A DNA stretch of 63,672 nucleotides, the filler included, from Octopus bimaculoides (taxonomy: Eukaryota), in NCBI RefSeq assembly GCF_001194135.2. It is 5 parts of 5 records of this genome, joined end to end, with 100 filler letters (N's around TTAATTAATTAA, not from the genome) between each part and the next. Parts side by side here need not be neighbours in the genome. Positions count along the whole stretch, not along the records: positions 10,189 to 23,059 come from NC_068991.1; positions 23,160 to 54,865 come from NC_068983.1; 3 more parts are not named here. One strand, given 5' to 3'. The translations under genes were made by a program, and so were the position numbers. The notes under the pieces are model-generated. The model made no database searches and was not told where the DNA came from. It saw nothing but the letters and a program-made list of their open reading frames with translations. This document shows positions 14,250 through 26,409 of this stretch, one piece after another. Each line of letters starts with the position of its first letter. Positions within the stretch are counted from its first letter, which is position 1.

Positions 14250-14460
14250 ATAATGATTTCAAATATTGGCACAAGGCCAGCAAGGGAAGAGGCTAATCGA
14301 TTACATCAACCTCAGTGCTCAACTTGTACTTATTTTATTGACCCCGAAAGGATGAAAGAGAAAGTCAGCAGAATTTGAACTCAGAACGTAAAGACGGACA
14401 AAACGCCATTAAACATTTTGCCTGGTGTGCTAACAGTTCTGCCAGCTCGCCGCCTTACAG
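14250..14460 (-). mobile_element. SINE, family B (head GGCGGCGAGCTGGCAGAA, 3' end GTGCCAA..TTTGAAA)
   Basis: Reverse complement aligns with the copies at 40787-41206 and about 7470-7640. Confidence 0.75.
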
Positions 14461-14889
14461 ATAATTTATATAATAAACATGAACGTCGGTGTGTGTGTTT
14501 GTTGATTTATAGGAAGAAAGTTACTTCTTGTGTAATATTTTCCGAAGAAGACAATAGAAGTGGTCCCGACTCTCTAGGGGCTCCAGTAAGGGAGCTACGG
14601 GCTCTTTTCCAAAACGTTGTACATAGTGCAGTCCTGCCCGACCAAAAAGAAAAAAAAAATGACCAGTCTAAGGGAGATAACTAAATATTAGTTCGAGGAA
14701 AATTAACAAACAAAACTACAAATATTTTTTTTTAGACTAATATAGTATGACGTTAACAATATCAATTCAAAGTTATTATTCATTCTGCAAATTTTAATTT
14801 GATGATCCCATGCTAAAACCTCCTTATTAGACAATGTTTCGGGTTTTAGCAGTAGGAATGAAAAGATTGTTCTTGCTCCCCACTCTGGA

Positions 14890-15951
14890 TGCCATGGTTG
14901 TGCGAAAGAGTAATCATAGCACCAAAAAACATTATTGTAAATAATTTAAATGAAAGACTCGAGAAAGTTTCACCAGGAAATGAACATACTTATAAGTCTA
15001 TAGGCTCTGTTGTGGATGCCTCGGAAATAGTCAGTTACCCGGTTGAGTTCTGAAACATGATTACCTTCGATTGAAAATAGGCGCTCCAATCATGCTTCTG
15101 TGCAACCTTTCTAAAACCAAAGTTGTGCAATGATACAAGACTTGTCAAGAAATTAACGAGAAACGTCATAGAGGCCACAATAATTTCTATCTGTGGAAAA
15201 ATCGAAGATGTGTTTATTCCTCGCTTAACTCTAATACCTTCCAATATGCCATTCGAGTTCAAACGACTTCAATTTCTAATACGTCAGTCTTTTGCGATGT
15301 CCATTAATAAGTCACAAGGTCAGACTTTGAAAGTTGCTGGTTTGCAATTAGAGGAGGACTGTTTTTCACGCGGACAGTTATATTTTGGGGCTCCAGAGTG
15401 GGGAGGAATAACAATCTTTTCAGTTTTGCCCCTACTGGTAACACTCGAAACATTGCTTTTAGCATGGGATCAACAAACTAAAATTTGAAGATTGAATAAT
15501 AACTTTGAACTGCTATTCTCAACGTCATACTATATTCGTCTAAGAAAAGCTATCTGTATTTTTGTTTGTTGTAATACTTAAGTTCAATAAATTATAGTAC
15601 ATATATTTTTAGTTTTCCCCGAACTTATATTTAGTTATCTTGTACTAGACATAAGCCAAAGTTTGTGCGATGTTTGCTTCATTTATAGACTGAAATATTA
15701 GAGATCATCGATCAGAAGTTTATGTGCATCCATGATGATATTGCCCAGAAGGAAACATCTCTATCGTCCACATGGAAGATGATAGTCATTTCTTATATGT
15801 TGACCAAAAGGATACAGTTCAATCATCTACATGAAAGTTAACTGCCATTTCTTATATATGTTCAATACAATCTAAGTGAATAACTTTCAATATTCATAGT
15901 ACAATTTTGGCAGCTTTTTTCAACCCAGTCAACGACGGATGTTTCTGCTAG
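14890..15951 (+). mobile_element. Helitron 3' portion: PIF1-like helicase remnant and 3' terminus
   Basis: [59 protein letters not shown] and CFSRGQLY are Helitron helicase C-terminal motifs; the end CCCAGTCAACGACGGATGTTTCTGCTAG|T at 15951 fits a 3' hairpin + CTAG terminus. Confidence 0.85.
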
Positions 15952-17180
15952 TTAATAATAAATGCGATCTTATGGCGTTCATGACTGTTCTCTTTATTTC
16001 GTCTGCATTTCTGATAGTCTTTAATTGCAGTTATATATTTTTCAATGTTTTGCTATTGGAATACACATCGAACATGCGTTAAAAATATTGCAACAGTTGT
16101 CATTTCAAGCCTAGTCAATCACAATCCCACACACACATGCACATCCACACACATACACACACACACACCCCCACATACATATACACACGCACACACACCT
16201 CTCACTAACAAAACACACTCACACAGACACGCATACAATCATACACACATGGGCATAAACAACACACGCACATACAGAAGCAAACGCACGCACACACACG
16301 TACACAGCAACGCACATATACACAACATACACAAACACACACGCACGCACAAAAACATACACANNNNNNNNNNNNNNNNNNNNNNNNNNNNNNNNNNNNN
16401 NNNNNNNNNNNNNNNNNNNNNNNNNNNNNNNNNNNNNNNNNNNNNNNNNNNNNNNNNNNNNNNNNNNNNNNNNNNNNNNNNNNNNNNNNNNNNNNNNNNN
16501 NNNNNNNNNNNNNNNNNNNNNNNNNNNNNNNNNNNNNNNNNNNNNNNNNNNNNNNNNNNNNNNNNNNNNNNNNNNNNNNNNNNNNNNNNNNNNNNNNNNN
16601 NNNNNNNNNNNNNNNNNNNNNNNNNNNNNNNNNNNNNNNNNNNNNNNNNNNNNNNNNNNNNNNNNNNNNNNNNNNNNNNNNNNNNNNNNNNNNNNNNNNN
16701 NNNNNNNNNNNNNNNNNNNNNNNNNNNNNNNNNNNNNNNNNNNNNNNNNNNNNNNNNNNNNNNNNNNNNNNNNNNNNNNNNNNNNNNNNNNNNNNNNNNN
16801 NNNNNNNNNNNNNNNNNNNNNNNNNNNNNNNNNNNNNNNNNNNNNNNNNNNNNNNNNNNNNNNNNNNNNNNNNNNNNNNNNNNNNNNNNNNNNNNNNNNN
16901 NNNNNNNNNNNNNNNNNNNNNNNNNNNNNNNNNNNNNNNNNNNNNNNNNNNNNNNNNNNNNNNNNNNNNNNNNNNNNNNNNNNNNNNNNNNNNNNNNNNN
17001 NNNNNNNNNNNTGGTTCAGTTAATAGACTGAAGCCTTGCTGGGGCTTGAAGAATTTTAGTTGAATTTATCGACACCCAGTACTTATTCTATCGATCTTTT
17101 TTACCGAACCACTAATTTACAAGGACGTAAATACACCAACACCGGTTGTCAAGCGGTGGTGGAAGACAAGCACACAAACG

Positions 17181-17215
<35 letters not shown>

Positions 17216-17699
17216 TGAACATATATAAGAAATGGCTGTCAGCTTCCATGTGGACGATAGAGCTGTTTCTTTCTGACCAATATCACCATAGATGCACATA
17301 AACTTCTGATCTATATATAATTAAGATTCAGTTGAATTAGGTATTTAAATTGAGGCAGCCTGCTAGTTCGGTATAACCTGCACACTCCAACAATACGTTG
17401 ATGTTGTTGTTTGTGGTCGGTTGTGGTCCTTGACTAAAAACATTCCAGCCACACCCACACGTTTTATCTTTTGCTAGATTGTGGTCGTATTGGGACACCA
17501 CCTTGAAGAGGTTAGTTGAACCAATTCACCTCTGGTGCTTATTTTAAAGTTTAGTACTTATTCTATCGCTTTTTTTTTGCCAAACTTCCAAGTTACAGTG
17601 ACGTAAACAAAGCAACACCATGTAGGGGTATTTGCACCCAATATTCTTGCCGTGTGTGTAGACAACGCAACCTAGCTAAGTAAAGATATCCGCTCTTGG

Positions 17700-18270
17700 C
17701 AATTCAGGCGTACTTTCTATAAAGGTACTTTTTATAGTATTTCCGAAGTGCAGGTTCCAAGTTAGGTGAACAGAATATAAAGAAGTAACAAAGATTTACA
17801 GGTGTAGAGGTGGAAGTCTAGTAGATTGTCTGACATTAATAAATTTATCACCATTAACTAAAATACAGTTGACAACTCCCAAAGGATCTAATTCCAAATG
17901 GTTGAAGACTACATACTACACAAAGTCTTCTAAATATAAGTAACCACGTCCTCACTCTATCTATCGTGATCATCCACTATTCCCTCTGCTACTCTTTAAA
18001 TTATAGTAGGCTTAACAAGGTAAGCATTATTTTCTAAACTCATTCTGTCACAGTTATAACAGAAGGAAACAATGTAAATATTTTGGTTTCCATTATTGAT
18101 GTAAATTTGTTTTAAAATAGTTTATATTTTATGTTTGAAATCTATGTATTCATCTGATGAGAGCGGTCTCTTTCAAATTAATGTAATACTTTCATTAATC
18201 AATTAGATAGAGCCGCTTGAAACAGCCGTAATTAATTGACACCTGTGCATCTTTGTTACTTATTTATATT
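17700..18270 (+). mobile_element. Penelope-like 3' end (decayed GIY-YIG tail + terminal region)
   Basis: Remnant peptide ...QMVEDYILHK... resembles the PLE endonuclease C-terminus, followed by a hammerhead motif at 18148-18236. Confidence 0.5.
18148..18236 (+). ncRNA. Minimal type I hammerhead ribozyme motif
   Basis: CTGATGA (18154-18160), stem II GAGCGG/CCGCTT, GAAA (18219-18222), C-AGCC-GTA (cleavage triplet 18228-18230), stem I ATTCAT/ATTAAT (5 of 6 pairs). Confidence 0.7.
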
Positions 18271-20553
18271 TGGTACACTCACACTCACACACACACACAT
18301 ACACCACACACACACGCACATACATATATGACCGAGCTCGTTTTACGACTTATTCGTTTTACAAATCAATTTTCCTCATTGAAATTAACTAAAATATAAT
18401 TAATCCGTTCCAGCACGCCAAAACCAACTAAAACTATTTTTTTGTGGGTTTTAAAACAGAAAAGGTGCAGTTACAAGTAAAATGACAATTATGAAAAAAG
18501 AGAATGGAAAAGAAATATGTAAATTGGTTTTATTAACAGAATTACCTTAAAGATGGGACGATTTGTGCGCGAGGAAGACGATGGAGCTGGAAAGAAGATT
18601 ACTGTTTGGAAGGAGATTCTCCTTCCATTAAGACTTCAGGGAGAACAATTTCTGGCGTTTTCTCTCTTACTTCGCTTAATTTGGGCTTTTTGGACACACT
18701 TTCTTCACTTTTTACACTTGCATTAGAAAGTCTGCTTTTTCCTACCTTTCAAAGTGTTATGAAAATGCGCCAGGACAGTGTCATTAAATAAAGTAGCTGC
18801 ACGAACTGTAGCTACTTTTCCAGGATGATATTTTTCTACAAATTCAAAAACATACTACCACTTTGCCAACACTGCCTTTATGTCAATCGTAGAGATAGCA
18901 TTCTCCTCTATATTGTCCTCCTCCGGGGAACCAATCTCTCCCACCACATCCAAATGCTGCTGCTCCTGAAGCTGCAGAGGTTCATCTGTCGTCAGCTCCT
19001 CTAAGTGTTCCTCGACGAGATCGTTAATGTTCCCACCATCAACCTCGAGGCCCATGGACTTGCCAAGAGACACTATCTCCTCAACTACAGGTATCTGAGA
19101 CTCAACCTCATCGAAGTCTTTTTCGGATGTGCAGCCAGGCCACAGTTTCCTCCATGCAGAATTCAGCGTTCTCCTTGTAACATCTGGCCAGGCCATATCG
19201 ATGATTTTCAGGCAGTTTACAATGTTGTAGTACTCCTTCCAAAACTCACGAAAGGTTAGATTTGCATTTTCGGTAACTTCAAAGCACCGACGAAATAGGT
19301 GTTTGATGTATAATTTCTTAAAATTAGAAATCACCTGTTGGTCCATGGGCTGCAAGATAGGGATATTGTTGCATGAAAGGTACAGAACTTTTATAAATTT
19401 AAATTCGTCCAGGATATCATCTTCGAGATAGGAGGGTGAGCATGAGCATTGTCGAGGATGAGGAGGCCTTGAAAGGAAGATCGTACTTTTACACTTCTGG
19501 TCCGAGACAAGGTTGACCCACTCCGAGAAGAATTGCCTGGTGACCCAGGCTTTAATGTTTGACCTCCACACGATCTACAGCTTCTCCTTCAGGATATTGT
19601 GTTACTTGAACGCTCGTGGGTTTTCGGAATGGTAGACAAAGAGCGGCTTAATCTTCAAGTCTCTAGTCGCATTGGTACAAAGGGCGAGAGTGAGCCTGTC
19701 TTTCATAGGCTTGTGGCTTGGCATTTTCTTCTCTGCAGTTATGTAGGTTATTCTGGGCATTTTTTTTTTTTTTAAATTTTTTTAAGGCTACTTTCATCAC
19801 AGTTGAATACTTATTGTGCGATGTACCCCTCAGCTACGATGGGCTGACGGAATTCACGCACGAAATATTCAGTTGCCTTCATGTCAGAACTCGCTGCTTC
19901 TCCATACCTCACGACGCTATGAACACCAGTCCTCTTCTTGAAATAATCAAACCTGCCGCGACAAGCCTTAAATGCGTTTGCTGATATCTCCTCTGTCGAT
20001 GTTCTAGGGTTCTGCTTCAGGAGATCCCCATGCAGCGCTCGTACTTTCTCGTAGATGATGGTCTCCGTAATCATATCCCCTGCAAGTTGCTTCAGGAGAA
20101 GCAATTTTCCATCCTTTCGTGGACAGATGTGTGTTGCTTAGCGAGCCTGGAGATACCGTTTGCTGTTGTAACGGCCTTGATCTCGTCCTTTTTCTTCAGA
20201 ATGATGCAGATCTTCGACGTGCACTCCTCTCTCGTGTTTGCTTATGATTTCGTTCTTTAATTCTATCGTAATCAGCTTTTTCTTCTCATCACTGTCCTTT
20301 GCACTAAGCTTCTTATGAGCCATGGCAAACACAACTAATTATTATAAAATAATAGAAAATATGCACAAAACTAAACAAAAACACTGGGAAAACACAACAG
20401 GGATGCTGTCACAACGAGATAAACACGTAAACTAAGTGAGCGGAGAGTGCGCTTGTTGGGAGAGCGTGTGCGAACTCAGCGCCGACTAGCGATCGCTTGT
20501 ATGAAACTTGCTCGTACTGCGGATTTTCGCTCGTACTTCAAGACAAAAATTCG

Positions 20554-21164
20554 CATGCGGGATCTATTTTAAAACGGGGGCCACATTTTTCATTAATGTT
20601 TTACGTAGTGTTTTTGGTACGGAAAGACTTTCAAACTTCGTATACTTATCTATTTTGTGTTATAGAACAGAAAAATATTTTTGTATTCGAATTTATTTTA
20701 TGTAAAAAATTGTCTTATTTCGATAATTTCAACCAATCACTGACAAGTATTTAGTTGTTTATATTTACTCCTTTGGCTGATTAAGCGATGTAAAGCGTAT
20801 TTAATCTCCATACCTTCGTTTTATTTGCTTTTTTCATTTTAAATTTGCTTTAACCCTAACCCTAACCCTAACCCTAACCCTAACCCTAGGGTTAGGGTTA
20901 GGGTTAGGGTTAGGGTTAATTGTTTCAGAATCGTTTGTTTATGTAGTCGGCACTTAATGTATATCGGCTGAATGGACGTCAGTGATTGGTTGAAATTACA
21001 GAAATACGACAACTTTAACATGGAATAACTTATGGATTTCTTTTTTTTTTTAAGAAGACTAAGAGAAAAAGATGTTTTATATGACACATTCTACCAGTGT
21101 TCCAAGTTTCAAAGTGTTTCGTTAATGAAAAATGTGGCCCCCGTTTTAAAAAAGATCCCGCATG
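20554..21164. mobile_element. MITE with ~43-bp TIRs and a central inverted telomeric-repeat array, inserted in the Tigger 5' region
   Basis: CATGCGGGATCTATTTTAAAACGGGGGCCACATTTTTCATTAA at 20554 and its near-perfect reverse complement ending at 21164; a further internal inverted pair at about 20714-20745 and 20977-21010. Confidence 0.85.
20851..20918. repeat. Palindromic telomere-type array (TAACCC)6-TA-(GGGTTA)5
   Basis: Read directly: TAACCC x6 (20851-20886), TA, GGGTTA x5 (20889-20918); centre CCCTAGGG. Confidence 0.97.
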
Positions 21165-21799
21165 AGCCTTTACTCGTACAGCAAGTTACTCGTCCAATGG
21201 GGCACTCGTACTGCGAGGTACTACTGTGTATGTGTACACACACACACACACATACATACACTCAAGGCTTTGGTCAATCTGAGGCAATTGAAGAAGACAC
21301 TTGCCCAAGGTACCACGCAATGGGACAGAATCCAGAACCATGTGGTTGGGAAGCAAACATCTTACTACACTATATAGATGGAGGGAGAAGATGAAGAGTA
21401 AAAGCAAAAAAACGGGGAGAGGGAGGATATAAGTGGCGTAGAAAGGGTGAATAGAGAGCAAGAAAGATGACTATGACGTAGGGGGAATGAACAGAGGTAG
21501 AATGAATGAAATGGAGAGAGGAAAGCAGAAGGTAAGGTTAAGGTCACTATGGTGAAAGGTAGCGTCGCTGGTGGTCGGGGATCTCGCTAAGCAAATTTTA
21601 AATCAATTGGTGATGGCAGCTGACTATAAAGAGATATAGGATTAGGGGTGGAGGTAGCGGAGAAGGAAGATATGTCGAGATAGGGAGAAGGAAACGAGAA
21701 GAATAGAGAAAGAAAATGCTGCTCGTATAGCTAAGTAATAAGTAAGGGTTTAGCTACAATTAGGAGAAATTATAAAGACTTTACGTAATGGACAAAAGT

Positions 21800-22900
21800 G
21801 GAATGAAATTTGTGCTTCGACGAGAAGATCATGTCAGAAAATGAAATATCATTATGATGGTGAAGGATTGCAAGCAATTCCCTGCAACACATCTCACAAA
21901 TACGATGGTTAATATTGAACGGGAAACCCCACAAACTACGGACCAAGATAAGGTATAGGGAATATTATAGGGAGGTAGAGAGTTTAGAGGCTCCGTTTGA
22001 GAACGAATGAATCTAGACTTTCTCATTCGCAAAATGAGCCCTACTTAATTTTGCTCAGATTGCTTTCAATTTTAGTGTATCGATGCAACTCTGAATTTTG
22101 ATTACGATCAACCAATTACTTTATCTCGTAAATTAAAGAATCTGATGTCATTTGGAACGAATTCATGTGAGCTCGGTAGCAACGTTTGAAATCAACAGTG
22201 CAGCCCAATGTAGACTCTAGCCTGGTGGGAACGTGAGATTATCACCCGGCATATATATGCGACATTATACCGTAAACAAAAACCATCCAACAGACATAGT
22301 TGCGAGACTAGTTACAGGTTTTCATACAAGCGGTGAGCTTAGGATTGATCCCTATTCTGATCTAATTCATATGATCTAGTATTCTCGAAGTAAGAGCGGT
22401 GGTGTTAGCGTTACTAGTATGAGGCATCAAGAGGGCGTCACCGCTGTCACACGTGGTAGGTTTAATAGTGCTTGGGCTGGTGGTACCAGGGTTGCTATTA
22501 CTGAAGTGGGTAGGTTTTCCGAAATGCGTAGTATTTGGGTTATGGTAGGATCCAGGTGGATAGTTCGTAGAGTACACAGTAAGGCGGCTTAGTTTGCGCG
22601 TATTTGAAGAGGCAATCATAGATCCCAAATTTGGTGTTGTAGAGTACGAGATTTTAATCAAGGAGTTATTAAGGATAGGGTAGTATTTATGGTGTGATGG
22701 GAAATTTGAGCTTGAGATTTCGAAAAATAGCTTGGGTAAAGACTTAATCCGAAGAGAGAATGGTGGCACAAACCATAAGATCTCCCGCTTTCTGCCCTTG
22801 TGAAGCTTACAACGCAGCGAAGTAATGGGCTGGCTACCCTGGGGAAGCTTGAGATAATTCAGCCTCTAAGGCAGCCCGAATACATACCGGGTAAGTGCTG
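21800..22900 (-). mobile_element. Penelope-like element remnant (RT thumb/linker to GIY-YIG region)
   Basis: Minus strand gives KGRKREILWFVPPFS and PILNNSLIKISYSTTPNLGSMIASSN (ORF 22362..22769), matching PLE RKR.IIWFNPPFS...NRNTVKVSYSCMPN; further on PYTLSWSVV. Confidence 0.7.
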
Positions 22901-23018
22901 GCCGAAAGGAACGGGGTGTGGATGGGTAGATGCAGGCTTATGCAACTGGGAAAGAGAAGCACGGGTTTTGTTTTTAGTCTAGTATTGGGGATATATGAAA
23001 ATAATGGCTTCCGCGAGA

Positions 23019-23052
<34 letters not shown>

Positions 23053-23584
23053 CTCTCTCNNNNNNNNNNNNNNNNNNNNNNNNNNNNNNNNNNNNNNNNN
23101 NNNTTAATTAATTAANNNNNNNNNNNNNNNNNNNNNNNNNNNNNNNNNNNNNNNNNNNNTATATATATATATATATATATGTTTACACACGCAAATGTCA
23201 GTAACGTAATTTTTGACATATATTTTCGCATGTGCATATGCACAATCTTTTACCGGAAAATACACTTTATGAAAAAAAACATACTGAAAAAAAAAAAAAA
23301 AAGATACGCATAGTATAAATCATAGTTGTGCTTATCTATACGCACATACACCGTGTAGCGGATAATAGATGTGCGGACTCATGCTTCGGGTTACTTTCTT
23401 TTTCACCGCCGTACTGAAAGTGAGCATCGTGAGTGTGTAGTGTGGTAATAATGAGTAGCATATATATCGTACGAAGGCAGCGTTAATAATTTGTGTAAAC
23501 GTTGTTGATGTAAAAGAAAATAATATCCATGTCGAAGAAATGATCCAGTGGGGTTAGGAGATGCGTGCATTTTCCCCCGGATCC

Positions 23585-23644
23585 ATGCCGTATTCACACA
23601 GAAGCCAATCCAGATATTATATGGACTCGTATCGTCTACACTAA
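23585..23644 (+). promoter_or_regulatory. Candidate uORF ([19 protein letters not shown]) ending 1 nt before the FBXO45 ATG
   Basis: ATG 23585, TAA 23642-23644, then G and ATG 23646. Only meaningful if this stretch is in the mature 5' UTR. Confidence 0.35.
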
Positions 23645-23645
23645 G

Positions 23646-24218
23646 ATGGCTGCCGCCAGGTTACCTCCAGTAGTTCTCGAAGTGGTCTTTTCTTATTTAG
23701 ACATATCTGACTTGCGATATTGTTCGTTAGTCTGCAAAAGCTGGTACAGATTTCTTAACGATGAAAACAATGACGTCTGGAGGTTTCATTGTGTTAGAAA
23801 ATTAGCAGAAGATGCACTTAAATCGGATGTTTTATCCAATGTACCTACTTACAAAGCTAAATTACGAGCATTTTATCACGCGTGGAACCCTAATGATTGC
23901 TCGCGAAACATTTATGTAAAACACAATGGATTTACATTACATCGGAACCCTATTGCACAGAGTACGGACGGAGCCCGGGGTAAGATCGGGTTTCGAACTG
24001 GGCGACACTGCTGGGAGGTATGGTGGGAAGGTCCCCTCGGAACTGTGGCTGTGATCGGACTTGCTACGAAAGAAGCTCCCATGCAGTGTCATGGATATGT
24101 TTCTTTATTAGGTAGCGATGACCAAAGCTGGGGATGGAATCTCGTGGACAATCTATTATTACATAATGGTGACAGTCAAGGAAACTATCCTTTGTTAAAT
24201 AATGCTCCGAAATATCAG
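23646..24218 (+). CDS. FBXO45: F-box/SPRY domain-containing protein 1 (FBXO45/Fsn/FSN-1 orthologue), first coding exon, 191 codons
   Basis: [30 protein letters not shown] (F-box) followed by [14 protein letters not shown]...[74 protein letters not shown]...NNAPKYQ, a well-known FBXO45 sequence; strong Kozak context AAGATGG; phase-0 donor CAG|GTAAGT. Confidence 0.96.
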
Positions 24219-24224
24219 GTAAGT
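24219..24224 (+). promoter_or_regulatory. Consensus 5' splice donor of the FBXO45 intron
   Basis: CAG|GTAAGT directly after ...NAPKYQ, where the homology ends. Confidence 0.9.
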
Positions 24225-25429
24225 CAGTGCCAGTGATAGCATGCATGCTATATGTCTCAACTGTCGTCTGCACACAGCTAGGTTTCACATTGAATGTAGT
24301 GAAACAGCGATGCTAAGTAAGGTTACAAAAGATAAGTATAACTAAAATATTGTCGAATGCACAAATAAGTTCGACCAAAATTTCATATGAACCCCTTATC
24401 TATATTAACACGAACAGATTCTTTTCTTTCTTTTTTTTTTTTACTGAAAGGAAACGAGTACATGATTTTTTTTTCTTTTACAAATATCTTCCATTCAATC
24501 AAACTACACCACATGAATTTTCTCATTTAATCATTTTATTTAACCGAATAGTTATGTTTATGTGATTTTATAAATGTTTTTATAAAAATAATATACCACG
24601 AATGGTTTGCTCATTGTCTCATAGCAACATTATATCATAAGCATCGTTCGATGGGTTTAGTTTTGTAATTACATTATCGTTTCTTTCTGTATCATGCGTG
24701 AATGAGTTCAGTCCCTGTAGCCGCTGCGACTGTCATTGCATGAAAATTATCTATTCAAATTATCAGTTTTTACCTATTTTTCTCATCGATGAACGGCTTG
24801 TATGAAGAGAAAATATTACAAAGAAGGGAATTAAAATTTTTAGTGAGGGTGTGGACATATTAAATGAGATAGGAAGGTCTTATCGTATAAAATAACAGGA
24901 AATAATGAAGCAAGGCAGATTGTTGATCTCCATAGTCATGTCACCTTTTATATACAGCGATAAAACCCTGCTTTGTTTTATCATAAATTTATTATTGGTT
25001 TAATTATAGAGTATTTGACAAAAAATAAATAGATAAATTGAAGAAGACCACTTTTTCTATCCTCCATCTCCTGTTTCCCCTTACTATTATAATATATTTA
25101 ATATTTTGTAAAGCAGGTTTAAAGAAACATGTTTATGGAAAGCATATGGTACTCTAAGTAACACTTAGTGGGTGTATATATGTATATGTAATGTGTATGT
25201 CTACTCATACACAAACACTTAGAAAAGCAGGTTGTATGTTCGCATCCTGTCACTGACTTCTTTTGGTGTCCTTGGAAAAGAAACACAACTCTTGACAGCA
25301 CCCCGGCTCAGATCGAATTATTATTTTGTGCGTGCATTTTTGTATAGCATACAAAACTATACTTAAAAAATTACACATAAATTGTATTATGTATGTATTC
25401 ATGTGTGCATTTACATATGTAAACATAGC

Positions 25430-25460
<31 letters not shown>

Positions 25461-25681
25461 CTCTCACGCAGCACGTATATTATGTGTATGTATATATATT
25501 TATATATGTATGTAAACGTGATGTACACGTATGGTGGTTTATGCCGGACGAGTGAGAGAGTGCTCAATACATGTAGAGAGTATGGGTTATTTTTTAATTG
25601 AAAATGAAACTGAGGGTTTAGTTTCAATAGTATATAAGTGTGTGAGTGTGCATAAATATGTATATGCGAATATACGTATGA

Positions 25682-25714
<33 letters not shown>

Positions 25715-25903
25715 CATACATACACATACATATTTACATACATTCATGTAGTCTGTGTAGTTAAGAAACTTGTTTCATAACCATGTGATTTCAGGTTCAG
25801 CCCCACTGTGCTGCATATAATCCCAGGCTGGGCATAGACTTGTGAAGAGATTTGATAGACAGAAACTGAAAGAAGCTCGCCACATATTATATATATATGT
25901 GTA

Positions 25904-25951
<48 letters not shown>

Positions 25952-25954
25952 ATA

Positions 25955-25994
<40 letters not shown>

Positions 25995-26015
25995 TTTACA
26001 ATCATTTAGACAAGG

Positions 26016-26052
<37 letters not shown>

Positions 26053-26409
26053 ATATGTGTGTGTGTGTGTACTCTTGTCTAAAAGATTGTAAATGAACAA
26101 CATTACCATCATGAAAGCCATGCTGCTTGTTTCCAGTCTTCCATGAAAAACATGTCTAGTTATGGGGAAATATTAATTTGCTTCAAAACAGGTGAGGAAG
26201 AGCATCTGGCTGTAGAAAATCTGCTTTAACAAGTTCCATCTGACCCATGAAAGCATAAAAAAAGTAGATCTTAAATGATAATTTTTTGTAAGTAAGAAAG
26301 AAGACAGGACACTCTACTCTCAGGGAAATGGCCTTGTTCAATATGTAGAAAAGGTGTAGGTGTAAACTTTGTTTGCTGTACGCAATGTACGCTATGGACA
26401 CTCAAGAGA

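Larger units (their letters stand above)
18330..21226 (-). mobile_element. Tigger/pogo (TIGD1-like) DNA transposon, degenerate
   Basis: Minus-strand ORFs: N-terminal HTH KKLITIELKNEIISKHERG (20138..20332), CENP-B HTH AFKACRGRFDYFKKRTG (19811..20104), DDE_1 WRSNIKAWVTRQFF...ILQPMDQQVISNFKKLY (18855..19571); pogo-type end CAGTAGTACCTCG at 21226. Far end not clearly preserved. Confidence 0.9.

Noticed and set aside
20851-20918. Telomere-telomere fusion scar
   Set aside because: Fusion gives (TTAGGG)n then (CCCTAA)n; here the order is reversed and the array is inside a TIR element.
23565-23645. 27-aa N-terminal extension of FBXO45 in the ORF track
   Set aside because: It starts at a GTG with no homology; family similarity and the strong Kozak ATG begin at 23646.
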